This document shows, in pieces, positions 52,101 to 64,000 of a stretch of DNA of 64,000 nt. The position numbers were made by a program, and so were the translations under genes. The stretch is taken from positions 724,830-788,829 of the forward strand of contig MNCI01002812.1 in assembly GCA_015680685.1 (NCBI GenBank). The letters are read 5' to 3'. The DNA is from Gnetum montanum (Eukaryota; Plantae; Gnetophyta). How positions within the stretch are numbered: position 1 is the stretch's first letter; each line of letters begins with the position of its first letter. The notes beneath the pieces are model-generated. The model saw nothing but the letters and a program-made list of their open reading frames with translations. It made no database searches and had not been told where the DNA came from.

Positions 52101-52403
52101 GAGAGGGTTGTGTTGTGATCAAGTTTTATTATTTTTCATGAAATGCCAACTTTTTTAGAAGGATAATTTGCATAATAAATCTACATTTAATTTTGATGAG
52201 CACTCTTCTTCAATTTTACCCAGTGCAACAACATCAATCTCAGATTTTTTTTAATTTGAGACTTTTCTAGTGGTTTTTCCCAGCATTATTCATATTTTTC
52301 CAGTGGTCCCAAAATAGATTGGTTGTTTATGCAGTTGTTTTAAATATTTCCTTTTTCCAATATCTACTTTTGCTATTCCAAGAAATGGCCAAATGTGCCA
52401 ACA
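49193..52403 (-). mobile_element. Element F: 3.2-kb solo-LTR-like insertion (TGTTGG...CCAACA) carrying captured gene sequence
   Basis: Imperfect ~20-bp terminal inverted repeat. Flanks rejoin to match A at ~7780. Minus-strand TATA (ctataaaag) at ~50400 with upstream taagttagga repeats. TSD is degenerate (gccct/acccc). Confidence 0.7.
51286..51714 (-). pseudogene. NFS1: Captured internal fragment of cysteine desulfurase (NFS1/IscS type)
   Basis: FHMDVAQAAAKIP..MSLSGHKLYSPKGMGALY..GSGQERGLRSDT includes the PLP-binding Lys motif. It lacks the N-terminus and catalytic Cys loop and is GC-rich. Confidence 0.92.
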
Positions 52404-55400
52404 ACCCCCTATTCCCATGTGGGCTAGCATGGAAGAAGGGACCCTAAGCATGGAAACTAAGTAAAATAGCTTTTGGGACACTTAGAGGTTCAAAATTAAT
52501 AGTCTGAGGCCTTCCCAAGATAGTGTAGGGCCAAATTTATTAAAATTGAACACTCTTGAGGTCTATAAAATTCAAAAAGCAAGTTCTAGAGCCTTTCCCC
52601 CCCTATTTTGACATTTCCCAACATGGAAGAGAGGGGGTTCAGCATGGAGAATCAAGATGTTGATCAAAACATGACCAAAAAAGGTCAAATCAATAGGTGG
52701 ATCCCATGTATCGATGCTATGCACCTCCTAGCTTCAAGTTGAAGTAGTTTGAGTCAATTTTGGATGTCAGAACATGTTGAGATGGCTTCCCCCCTATGTG
52801 CCCCCCCCCCCCTTCCCCCTTCTTCCACATTGAGCATAGTATCTCCAATATGGAAGAATGGGGGGACACTTGTTCCATGAATTCAAGATGGTCTGGAAGC
52901 ATGTTGACTAAGTTTATAGGCTCCTAAGGCTATAGAACATGATTCTATAAATTTATGGCTAGTTTTGAGCATGTTTGGAGGTCATTCAAAGGTACCTAAG
53001 GTCTTTCCTCTGGGCCAAGACCCCCACACCCCCCGCCCTCTCTATTTCCATGCTAAGGAAGTTGCTCCAACATGGAAGATTGGGGGGAATGGGTTTTAGA
53101 GGTCAAAATGAGGTTAAATAAGAAAATCTTAAGACTATGAGGTCCTAGGCTTCTTTGACATAGATTTTTAGTTTCTAGGAGTGTAATCTTGCCATCAAAA
53201 GTGAAAAAGTAACTTTCCCCACTATTTCCATGTTACCCACCATGGAGGAAATATTTTCCAACATGGATGGAGTAAGAATCTCATATCTAGGCCAATTTGG
53301 ACCATAATCAACTATGCATGCCATCTTCTAGAGGTACTAAGGCTAGGGTTTAGGGTTTCATGTTAAAATTTGATAATTTTAAGTATTCCTAAGTGTTTTT
53401 TGAACTTTCCCCCTTTTTCCATCCTAGGACTAGGAAACCTAGCATGGAAGACTAGGAAAATATCATTTGGCCATTTAGGATCAATTTTCTAAGGTTTAAA
53501 GACTCTAAAGGATGTATACAGGGTTCTAAAGTGCATACAAGGTTATTTGATGTTGTTCTAATATTTGTATGAGCCTCAAATAAGTCTCCTCATTAGTCTC
53601 CATGCTAGCTAGTGTGGAAGAGAGGGTCTCCAACATGGAAGAGCCACAAATTTCAAATCTGAACTAGTTTTGGCCTCAATCAACTGTGCATGTGTGTTTC
53701 TAGGGTTGCTAGGGTTGAGGACTAGGGTTTGGGATCAAAACTAGCCAATTTGGAGGTTTCATAAATGGGTTTTAAGCTCCCCCCCTTTTCCCCACATGGG
53801 GGATAGCATTGTTAGTGTGGAATACTAAGGGGAGTAGCTTTTTGATGATTAGTAATCACTTTGGCAAGGTTTAAGGGCTCTAGAAGGTGTGAAACCAGTC
53901 TTAGAGTTCATGTAAAGCTGTACAATGTTTGCTTTATGTGTTTAAAGGCTATTTTGGAGTTCCCCCGAACTTCCCCCCTTTCTTCCACATTCACCAATGT
54001 GGAAGAGGAAGCTCTTAGTGTGAAGGCACTAGAGGACCTTGCTTTTTGCTAATTTCTAACATTTTTAGCCATGCATGTATGTTTCTAAGGTTGTCAGTCT
54101 TAACTGATGCTACCTAGTGTTAAACATTGGTTGTTTCAAGGATTGTTAAGTGATTTTTAGTGTTTTCACACCCCCCCCCCCCCCAACTTCATCCATGCTA
54201 CGGATGGAATGCTTAGCATGAAAAGGATACTCCTTAGCATGGAGAACCAAGAGGAGGCAATTTTGAGCCATTATATGTGACTTTTAGTGGTCTGGAGGCT
54301 TTCGAAAGGGTTGGGTTACTTCCAAAAGTCAAATTACATGAAAACTTCAATAGTTTTGACTTCCCTAATTTCATCCATGCTAGGACTAGGATACTCAATG
54401 TGGAAGAACCATTAGAAGTTGAGTTTTTATTAATTTTTGTAATCTAGTACCTTTTGGAGAGGTTGTCAAGGTTTCGATGTTAGTACTGGTATATTTGAGG
54501 TTTTTTTCTTATTTCTAGGATGTTCCCATTAACTTTCCTAGCTTCATACACCTTGTTTCCATGTTGGGAAATAACAAAGAGGCCTCCCCCAATGTGGAAG
54601 AACTAATAAAGTTATATCTATGCTAGTTCGACACCAAATCAACCATGCATGTTGGCCTCTAGGATTCCTAGTGTCAGTTATCAATACTAGGAGCCAAGAT
54701 CTAGCAGTTTGGAGGCTCCTAGGTGCCTCATGCAATCTCCTCATTCTTCCACACTAGGCATGATGGCTCCAACATGGGTAAGAGGAGGATGGTAGTTCTA
54801 TACCAACTTTGACTGCTTTTGAGGTCTTCAAAAGCTCCAAAGGGGTTAATAGATTCTAAGGGCCACTAGGCTTTGAGAAATGGATACTAGATAGTTAATC
54901 TAGATCATTTTTTTCTTTCCCCCACCCATCCATGCTAGGGATAAGATGCTTAGCATGGATGAAGCCTCCCCTAGCATGGAACTACCAAATCCCAATGTGT
55001 TAACTAGGTTTGGTGTGGTTTTGGGGCTACCAGGGGTGCTTGAAGGGGTTCTAGGTCATGTGGGCTAACTTTGGGGGCCAAACTTAGGTTAGATGGGTAT
55101 TGGAGGATAAGAATGGGTGTCTCCCCCTGCCCTACGTTGTTCAATGTTGGGCAGTGTTTCCCCAACGTGGGAACCCTTGTTATCTAATTTTTTCCATGCC
55201 CTACCCCTTTTGGAAGCCTAGGGTTGAAAAAGATAAGTTTTGGTTACTAAAAATGGCAAAATAGTCATGTTTTAATAGTTTTATGAAGTGGAATGCATGT
55301 ATCCACATTGGGTATCGTGTCCCCAATGTGGATGCATGGGAGTTAAGATTTGGTTATGGCTTTAGATGTTTAGGGGTTGAAACCTAGCATTGATGCAATT

Positions 55401-55753
55401 TCCAAGCTAGGAGTTAAGGCATATGGTGGGGCCCAAAACCAAAAGATTTTAAATTTTAAATTTTAATCTTAACTCCCATTAATCTTAGCATGGAAGAGGC
55501 TTTTCCCCCTTTTCACTTTAGTGCACCTAGAGTTATGATGCACTAAACAAGCAACTAGGGTCTAGAGGTGGGCATCCAAGTTTAGATTGTGTTTTTAATG
55601 TCAAATTTTTGCAAGATTGGAAGAGAGCTCAAATAGAGATTTCTTATTTCAAAAATATCCTATCCTCAATGTGGAAGCATCCATCCCTTCCTGCAACTAG
55701 CGTTGAACTTCTGTTCTTCCAAGATTCCAATCATTCCTAGTGTTAAGCCTGCC

Positions 55754-58700
55754 ATGGTGCCTAAGCAGCATGGAGAAAAAAGTAAAAACTTCAATATTTA
55801 AGATGTGGATGAGTAATAAAAAGATCTATTAAGGTTTCCTAGATCTGTCACAATCCATGCTTCTTCTGTAGCTACTTCGAGGTAGGTATTTCTACTCATT
55901 TTGCCTTAGTTTCTAGTTGTTTTTATTACTTTTATTACCATGTCTGGGGTTGTTTTCTTAGATCTACACTAATGGAGGAGGTAAAAAAAATTCAACAAAA
56001 TACACCCTCTTATTTTTACTATTTCTATATGGATCTATGGTAATTTCATTATTTTGGTCTTGGTAGGTTTGGTTTTAAAATTAGGCTTGTTGTTTCCATG
56101 CTTTTTCCAAACTTTGGGAGTAAGGTTGTTTTTCTCAAATCTAGGCCAAAGGATTTGTCAAGTTAAATTTTAACAAAATTCTATGCCTTTATTTTTATTT
56201 TTTTTCTAATTGGTATGAACTGTTTTAGCTATTTTTCTATAGCTATGTTAAGTTGGGTTTTAGAATTTTTAGCTTCTTGTGATTTTTGCATGGAAAAAGT
56301 ATTCAACATTGTGTATTTTTTTCTTAGGAAAACGGCTACATATTTTTAAAATTTGATGTTATGGTTTTGTAGCCCTATGTTAAGCTTTACAATGGCTATT
56401 GTCTCATTCAATTTGGCTTTGAAAAGAATAAGTTATGACTATTTTCCAAAGGTTATGTAGTTAGGTTTTTTTATGTCGTTTTTAAAATTCTATGTAAATT
56501 CACAAATTTTTTAAAGTAAATAGCAAGGGTTTTGTCTATTTGTTGGTTATTTCTAAGTAGATCTTGGCTTCAGATTTCCATCATAGGTAGAACTACTCCT
56601 TTTGGGTTAGAAAAAAGAATTTTCTGAAATTTTTACTAAGCCTATGTCAAAATGAGGTTTGTGCCATTTTTAGATTTTTGTTCAAATTTGTGAATTTTTT
56701 CTGAATAAATGGAAATTTTTTTGAATTTTTGTTAAGTGTATGTGTGTAGGGCTCACTTAGTCTTTCAAATAGTGGTAAAATCACTTTGTTAGGAGCCCAA
56801 ACAAATTTTTGGTGAATTTTTTACCAGCCCTATGTGAAAAGAGTCAATGGTGATAGCTATGGTTTTTTCTAGTGTTGTTTATGTTCCATGTAAAATGAGG
56901 TTACATATTTCTAGTTGTAATGGTCATGGCTATAAGGCTTGTTATTTCAAGATTTTTTCCATGGTGGAATCAATGAAATCGAAGCTCTTGTGAATTTTTA
57001 ATGAATTTTTGGTTATGGCTGTGTTAACAAGGCAAAATTCCAATTGTAGCACTTTACCCCTTTGGGGATGGATGTGATTGATATGTGTAGTTTCTCTTGT
57101 CAACATGTAAAAATTATGTTTTAAATTTTTTTAAGAAAAATAAAGGATTTTACTATTTTGAGCAAGATTTTTTTCTTTTTTACTATGACTATATTTTTCT
57201 AAGTTCTAATGCTTTCTTCTTAGTTTAGGCATGGTTCAAACTAGCTATGAAGTTTTGGCTATAAAGTAAAAGGCTATGAAAGGTTATAACAATGCTTTTT
57301 GTGGAATTTCTTAAGCCAATTTAGATAAACACCTTATAGCTTTTTACATAGGCTAATTTCACCTTTGATTAAGATGTTTTCCCAAACTTGTTTACAAAAT
57401 TTTATGATAGTCATAATGTTTTTCTTTGCCATGCAAGGTCTTTTTGAGGTCCATACTCATCATTGTTAAGTTGGTGGGAATCTTGTGTTATATTAGCCAC
57501 CCCAAGACCAATACCCCGTAACCTAACATGCCTTTGGGAAAGCTATCACTATGGTTCTATCTTGGGACAAGGGAGTTCCTAGTCTGATTGCCAAGTTTAT
57601 TACTGACAATCCACCTCCTAGGACACTAAGAAGAACTGCAAACCCGATCAATCCATGCTACCTTATAGAGATTTGGATGATGCTAGAGTATAGTTAGTAC
57701 AATGTTGACAATATTCTAATGGTGGCACACATGGCCCACACCTTATTCTAAAACCCACCCAAAATTTTGTATCTTCTATAGGGGTAAGTAATGTTTTTAT
57801 GTTTTTCTTGATTTATTGTTAAAACTACCTTTCCTAACTTCTTCAATTTTACAAACTTCTTGTAGGTACAAGGTCAATGATCAAACCCTAGCCATGGATC
57901 AAACCATCTTAGATGAATTCACCAAAGGCCCCCAAATTAGAACCATTGTATATGACTAGTTAAGAGGGGACTTTGGGGAATATGCTACAAGGTTTAACCT
58001 TGTCTACAAGAAATGTAAGGACAATGGAATCATGCACAACTAGTGGGTGGACTCCCAAAGCTCTCTAGATCTGATCCTAGTAGCTAGGACCTCTTCTCAA
58101 CCCACACTAAAAAAGAAGAAAGGTAAACATAAAGGCTATAACGTCCAATGTTTTATGATCATAAGAGTTTTAATTGTTCTATCACTTTAACTAGTTATTA
58201 AACATGCCCATGTTAATGCCAATCATTTGGTTGTTTCTTTGTAGGACCTTCCACCTCTACTGATGTCACCATATCCATTTTAGGATGTCATGAGGATAGC
58301 CTCATCCTAAAGTTTGATGAGGTGATACCAGCATAAGAGTGGTTGAGGGGACAAGTTTCTAGATACATCCAAGCAAACATTGAGCATGTAGTTCTTCTTG
58401 ATGTATTTATGGAACCTATGCCTTCCATCCTTATTGCAAAGATACTACATGTCATCAACTCCTTCAATGATGAGGCTGGTCATTTTAACACCACCATTCG
58501 AGGTGTGAAGATTAACATGGACATTGATGAGGACCTCTTTTGCAACATTTTTGGTGTCCCCACTAATGGGTCGATGGTTGCCACCAAAATAGTGAAGGAA
58601 TCAGGCCATCATGAGAAAATTTTGGAGTGGCTTGGTGCCAACATGGGGCACTTTGGAATTTCCCTAGAGAGCTTCATGAACCTTGATGTAAAGGAATCAT

Positions 58701-60056
58701 ATCCTTTATTTAGGTCTCATGCATTTCCCAAACTATTATTGAAAAATAAAATGATTGGCATCCTGCAAGTGTGGACCTTTAAGAAGGTCTTGATGGATGG
58801 TGATAGATTCAATTGAGCACTTGCTTTGGCTGTTGGGCTTCAAGAGGAGATCCTTAGACTCTATGTTGATACCTCTACAATAATCCACATGCCTTTTACA
58901 TTATTTATAGGTTATTTGAAGAGGTTTGCAAAGTTTTTGGTGGTGTGGAGGAATGGATGATGGGTTTCTTAAGACCCAAGCCAACTTTCTAGGCATTGGA
59001 TAAAGCACATTTATCCAACTATGTAAGCCCAAAACCCACTAAAGTGGATGGATGATTTGCTATCCATCACCACCAAGGATCTTGATGTTAGGCAATGCAA
59101 ATCCCTTGACAACATGAATGAGGATGAGCCCCTCACATTTCTAGTGAGCTTCCTCAAAGCCAAATCGTTATGTAGAGATGATGAATGGGCAACCAAGTAG
59201 AAACTTAAGAGGCCTATGGAGGAAGCACTGCAAGCATCAAATTAGCTTGCCTGAAGAAGCTTAAGTTTAAGCTTAAGCCATCACAACAAGTAGTGATAGG
59301 TATGTTTTTATCTAAGTTTTTCCTATTTTATGTTTTTAGAGTCATGGTCATGTTATGGTTTTATGTGCTAATCAATTTTCTATGTGCTATGGTTGTAGAT
59401 AAGTGTTAAGTCATAGCAGCCCAAGCTACCATGAAGAACTAAGGTACGCAGAGGAGGCACTCTTACAGTAGCCTAGGATAGACATAAATGATCTAGATGC
59501 CTTGTTTAGTGAGTTTCCATGCACATTCCCTATGGTTATCCTAGATGAGGAAGAGGAGGAGCTACGTATGCACATGTCTTAACATTTTTTGTTTTATCTT
59601 ATTGTTTTAAGTTTTGGTTTTTTTTCTAACCTTTTAATGATTTTTATGCTTACAATAGTTATTAAGCCACCAATTCAGGCCCCTATCCCTAATTTTCATG
59701 TAAAACCATGGGTAGATGTCCTGGGTAAGGTGGAGCTCATGCATAGGATGGCTAAGGTCATCATTGACCAGTTATGCCAAGTTGCATCTAAGATAGGTAA
59801 GAACTTTTTTTCATATGCCTTAGTTGTTTGGCTATGTTATAGGCTATATTTTTGTTATGCATTATGTTTATGGTTGTATTTTTTAGGTTTTTGTAGTGCC
59901 TTTTATGGAATGGAATCCCAACTAAGACATGGAGATTGACTCCTTACCTCAGCTTCCCTCCAATCTATCTAGTGCATCCTTGAAGTTGTACAAGATTGCT
60001 ATTGATCTACCAATGTCATTTGCAAAATATTCATGGGAGCTAAAGAGGTCCAATGA
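55754..60056 (+). pseudogene. Element E antisense multi-exon gene (second copy, 3' truncated)
   Basis: ATG 55754 (MVPKQHG..). Exons 55754-55881, ~57437-57783, 57866-58122, 58245-59299, 59399-59565, ~59659-59796, 59897-~60056. ORF 58343-58816 is homologous to 23874-24176. Confidence 0.82.
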
Positions 60057-61034
60057 AAAACATTTCACCATGGAGAAAATTGGAAAAAAAATCTCTTTGC
60101 AAAATTAAAAGCAAAAATTAAAGTGACTGAATACAACCCAAAGCTAGACCTTATTTTACCAATAATAGCAACCACAAAATGAATAGTTTTATTAAACTAA
60201 AATTTTATTAACTCTATAGACCTTCTAGATCTATTAGAATGTAAAAATGTACATAGAGATTTGAAACTCTTTTCAATGTAAAAGAAGATGGCATAAGGCT
60301 TTGTGTAGTTACAACATGCTTTACTAATGTCAAATTCCATTGTTTACCCAATGGATAATGACATATTTAGCACATTGCAAATGTCATGTCTAGGAGATAG
60401 AAAACTTGAAATGGCATGTGTGACAAGAGGCAATGAACATACTATTTAGGTGTAAAATAAGGAAGAGGATTAAGTGGAATTGCATAATAGATGTCTCTAT
60501 CTCTATCTACATATTTTCATGTTATTTCGTTTCATTCTTAGTTGTGCTTATGCTCATTTCTTCTCTCACATGAAGATATTAATAGATGAAAGAGATAGTG
60601 TTATCGATTATAAAAATCTTGGAGTTTTCCTAGAAGCTTTGTTGTTGTCACATTTTGTCTCTTCTACTTTCTACACTGGTTTCAACACCCTCAATTTTTC
60701 TTTTTATAGGGACTCTATGTTTAAATTTTAAATGTTTAAATATATGTACAAAATGTTAAATTTTCCAACTTTTTATTTAATATTCTTAAATTAAAGTTAT
60801 TAAATTTTCATTTTTTACACACACATACATATATATATATATATAGGATTTCAATCTCTTCTTTATCACTATTTTTTCTAGCATTTATTGTTTCATCCTA
60901 GTTTGTTTAGTTCTAATTTTCTTTATTATTTTTTAATATTTTTCATGAAATTGAAAAAAAAAACATGTAAGCTTCATCTAATGTTTTTCTTAATCTCTTC
61001 AACGTTATTCATGCTTCATTCACAAGCTTTGGTG

Positions 61035-61105
<71 letters not shown>
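61035..61105. repeat. (CT)n microsatellite
   Basis: Direct reading. Confidence 0.97.
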
Positions 61106-61109
<4 letters not shown>

Positions 61110-61419
61110 CTTTGAAAGGTAGAATTGTATCAAAACCTAATTTTTTTTTATTATATGTAACTTTAAGACATGTAGTAAACATGATGTTTTACAACTAGTA
61201 TACATTTTGATTAGGATTAAGGAGAGGGAAGGAGGGGAAATGCATTGAAACCCAAAATAATTTAACTATAATGATGAGGTTTAAGCCTACTGATAAGTAT
61301 CTTCATTTAGAAACTCCAAGTCATGGGTTTGATTCTAGTGGACAATACTAAGTTATTTGACTAGATGTATTAGAAGTAAATCCCAACTCTAGGCACCTTC
61401 ATGACATAATTATTCCCAG

Positions 61420-62020
61420 AATAAGATATTGTATTTAGCCCATACTTATTTTCCATTATTATAGATGAATTAACAAAGGAAATACAATATGAAATCACTT
61501 GGTATAGAATATTTGCAGATGATATTATGTTGGTGGATACAACTCAAAAGAATATTTTTTCTAAAATGAGGAAGTGAAGACATGATCTAAAATCAAAAGG
61601 CTCAAAAATTACTAGAAGTAAGACAGAATATATGGAATACAATTTTAATAAAAGCATAAATATTTGGGAAATAGAAGTGAAAATTCAAGGTAAAAAAAGG
61701 TCCCTCACTACAAATAGTTTCATAATCAATCCTCCAATCAAATGGTGAAATTGATAAAGATATCAAAAATAGAATTGAGACAAGATGGTCAAAATAGAGA
61801 GAAGCTAGTGGTGTTTTATGTGATAAAAGAATACCAATAAAATTAAAAGAAAAATTTTATAGGATAATAATCAAACCTACTATCTTATATGATGTTGAAT
61901 ATTGTGCAAATACAAAAGAGGCATGAACAACAAATCAATGTGGCAAAAATGTGAATTCTTTGATGGATATTGAATTATACTAGAAGAAATAAAATACATA
62001 ATATAGACATGTGTAAATTA
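61420..62020 (+). mobile_element. RTE-clade LINE reverse transcriptase fragment
   Basis: PYLFSIIIDELTKEIQ..FADDIMLV..RSKTEYME..NGEIDKDIKNRI..ASGVLCDKRIPIKLKEKFYR..KPTILY. Confidence 0.9.
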
Positions 62021-62026
62021 TTGTAT

Positions 62027-62510
62027 GAAGTGGGAGGAAGCTGTTGCTATAAAGAACTAGTCATCTATCACTACAGCAAACATCCTTTGGAATAATGTGT
62101 TTTATAGGTTTAAAATCCCATGAATCTTGATATTTGATAATGGTACACATTTTACTAGTAAGGTTTTCAAGAAATTATTAGAATCTTATGGAGTTTATCA
62201 TAAGTTAACTTCCTCTTATCATCTACAACCTATGACAAAGTGAAAGTTACTAACCATGAAATTGTTAGAATATTGATAAAAATAGTTAATATGTACATAA
62301 GAGATTAGGCTAATAAGCTGAATGATATCCTTTGGGCCTATCGAATAGCATGGAAAAATCTTATGCTAAACACTTCATTTGAGTTGTTCTATGGATAGGT
62401 TCCATGACTTCCTATTGATCTTAAAATGAAAACATTAGGTAGTATTGTGAATTTTGATATGACCTTAGATTCTACTTAAAAAGAGAGGTTGATTAACCTC
62501 AACCTTTCCA
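62027..62510 (+). pseudogene. Athila-like integrase core fragment, followed by Athila-like 3' non-coding DNA to ~63170
   Basis: KWEEAVA..DNGTHFTSKVFKKLLESYGVYHKLTSSYHLQ..NKLNDILWAYRIAWK. Confidence 0.85.
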
Positions 62511-63269
62511 ATCAATCATTCATGATCTTTTCTTTTTCCTAAGTGTGTTTGTGTGTATATGGAAAAATCAACTAATGTTCTTTACGAATGCTTACCCAAT
62601 AAGCCAATGATGGATGGGTGAGTTACAGATGTAATGATGATGTAGAAGTGTCAAATGGTTCCAACGTGAAGCCTCAATTAATGGAATGTCCATACAACAA
62701 AATTCACCCATCCATTTTCTTCTATCCACAATCAATGAACCAAGCTTAGATTTAGCAGGGATCTTAGACTCACATTACAATTCGTTGAAGTTGATGCTAC
62801 TACAACCATGGGTAAATGGTGAATCCACATGATAGGATGTGATCTCTAAAATCCTAGAAGCATGCTTGGTCACTTAAAGGAAAAGGCTATGTCATTAAGG
62901 ATCCTTGTGACCACTGAATAGGTCAAATTCATGTGATTGTACCAAGGTTCACATGTTTCCTTACCTAGCTACCCTAGTCAAAAGAGGTTTGCAATCTTAC
63001 AAACCTATGAGTGCCATGTGGTGAGAAATGAATTTTCCTATCATGCAAGTCAAAGATCCTAGGTATTGATCTAACACTGCAATTTTTCCTCACATAACAT
63101 TAAAATTCCTCTTCTCATAAAAAGTAAAAGATAAAAGAAAAGATGAAAAAGAAAAAGAATATATATATATATATCTATATAATATGATGATGAAAAGAAT
63201 AGGTGAGTGAAAGAGTAATGTAATATTATTATTATTGGCAGACACAAATTGGTGCTTTTACCATCTCAG

Positions 63270-64000
63270 GCCAATCATGTAATTACTCAACTAAGCCAAA
63301 GCAAGTGGTTGAATCAATACCCATGTAAGCCTTTTTTAGGTTCAACTCATTGTCTAGATCACTTGAATTCCAATGTANATGGTCCTTAAAGTATAGAGAT
63401 AAAGTAATTTAATAGCTAATTTAATCTAACTAATTAACTAATCTCTAATTAATCCTAACATAAGTATCTGGTCTCACTTTCCATACACATCCTGAACACA
63501 TACAACACTACTAGGCTACCAAGTGTTAAGCACTGTTGGGATTACCAAGTGTTCTATGTTATGATCGAAGTGGTCATACTTATGTGTTTAATCTATTTAG
63601 CTTAATTAATTAGTTAATAAATCTAAGTCTATTTTAGCTTAATTAATTACATAATTAATGAAAACAAAAAATGCAAAAATAAATCATTAATCTATTCCAA
63701 GTGCTACAAGGTTTGATCAAAAGGCTCATCTTTATTGCAGTTCATACTAATGTGCTCAAGTATATCAATGCTTGAATAAAGATCTATATACTTTTTGACT
63801 CCTATTGTGGGCACTCAAAGAAATATTCCAACTTTCAAATGACAAAATTGTAAGAGCTCTACTACAACTATGACTTGACCTCCCATAAACATGGCTGGTA
63901 AGCACATATTTATAGACTTTATTATGGAGTTGTGTTGACAAAGCCCCATAAACACAGCAAATGCTATGTCAATGTAGCCTTGTCAACAAGGCAACACCAC
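63270..64000 (-). repeat. LTR related to the C/D Athila-like LTRs, running to the window end
   Basis: atctttattgc..ttgaataaag..tatttatag blocks are collinear with 27709-27903. Boundaries are uncertain. Confidence 0.65.

Larger units (their letters stand above)
43302..60056 (-). mobile_element. Element E: second copy of the element A family, truncated within the antisense gene; interrupted by element F
   Basis: 3' LTR 43302-44834, PPT gaagagggg (minus, ~44838-44846) and a full pol remnant. Spacer and antisense gene are collinear with A. Confidence 0.87.

Noticed and set aside
60060-61030. Possible coding remnant or the continuation of element D/E
   Set aside because: AT-rich with no recognisable motif, and no match to D or E ends or TSDs found by eye

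Overview
Plant nuclear DNA with heavy CpG/CHG decay and an N-gap. A large, methylated genome such as a gymnosperm is inferred, not shown. There is no intact host gene. The window is a nest of decayed retroelements. A (2749-~27000) and E (43302-~60056) are two minus-strand copies of a Tat-lineage Ty3/gypsy family with RT-RH-aRH-INT order. B (14572-23842) is a complete Tat-type element with only gag-protease, inserted into A. C and D are Athila-like elements lacking RT/INT. F (49193-52403) is a 3.2-kb solo-LTR-like insertion carrying an NFS1/IscS fragment. There are also an RTE LINE fragment, an Athila integrase fragment, a 23-bp tandem array and a CpG-retaining island near 33.3-34.1 kb. The main discovery is in A/E. 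Upstream of and antisense to pol lies a conserved gene of about 8 exons. Its reconstructed protein starts with an FCP1/NIF-type HAD phosphatase-like domain lacking the catalytic aspartates, fused to a plant-transposon-protein-like domain. In A/E, pol has its own ATG and no gag/protease is visible. B supplies exactly gag+PR and shares cis-signals with A/E, suggesting a split, complementary retrotransposon system with family-specific short motif arrays. All alignments were done by eye, so boundaries marked ~ are approximate.
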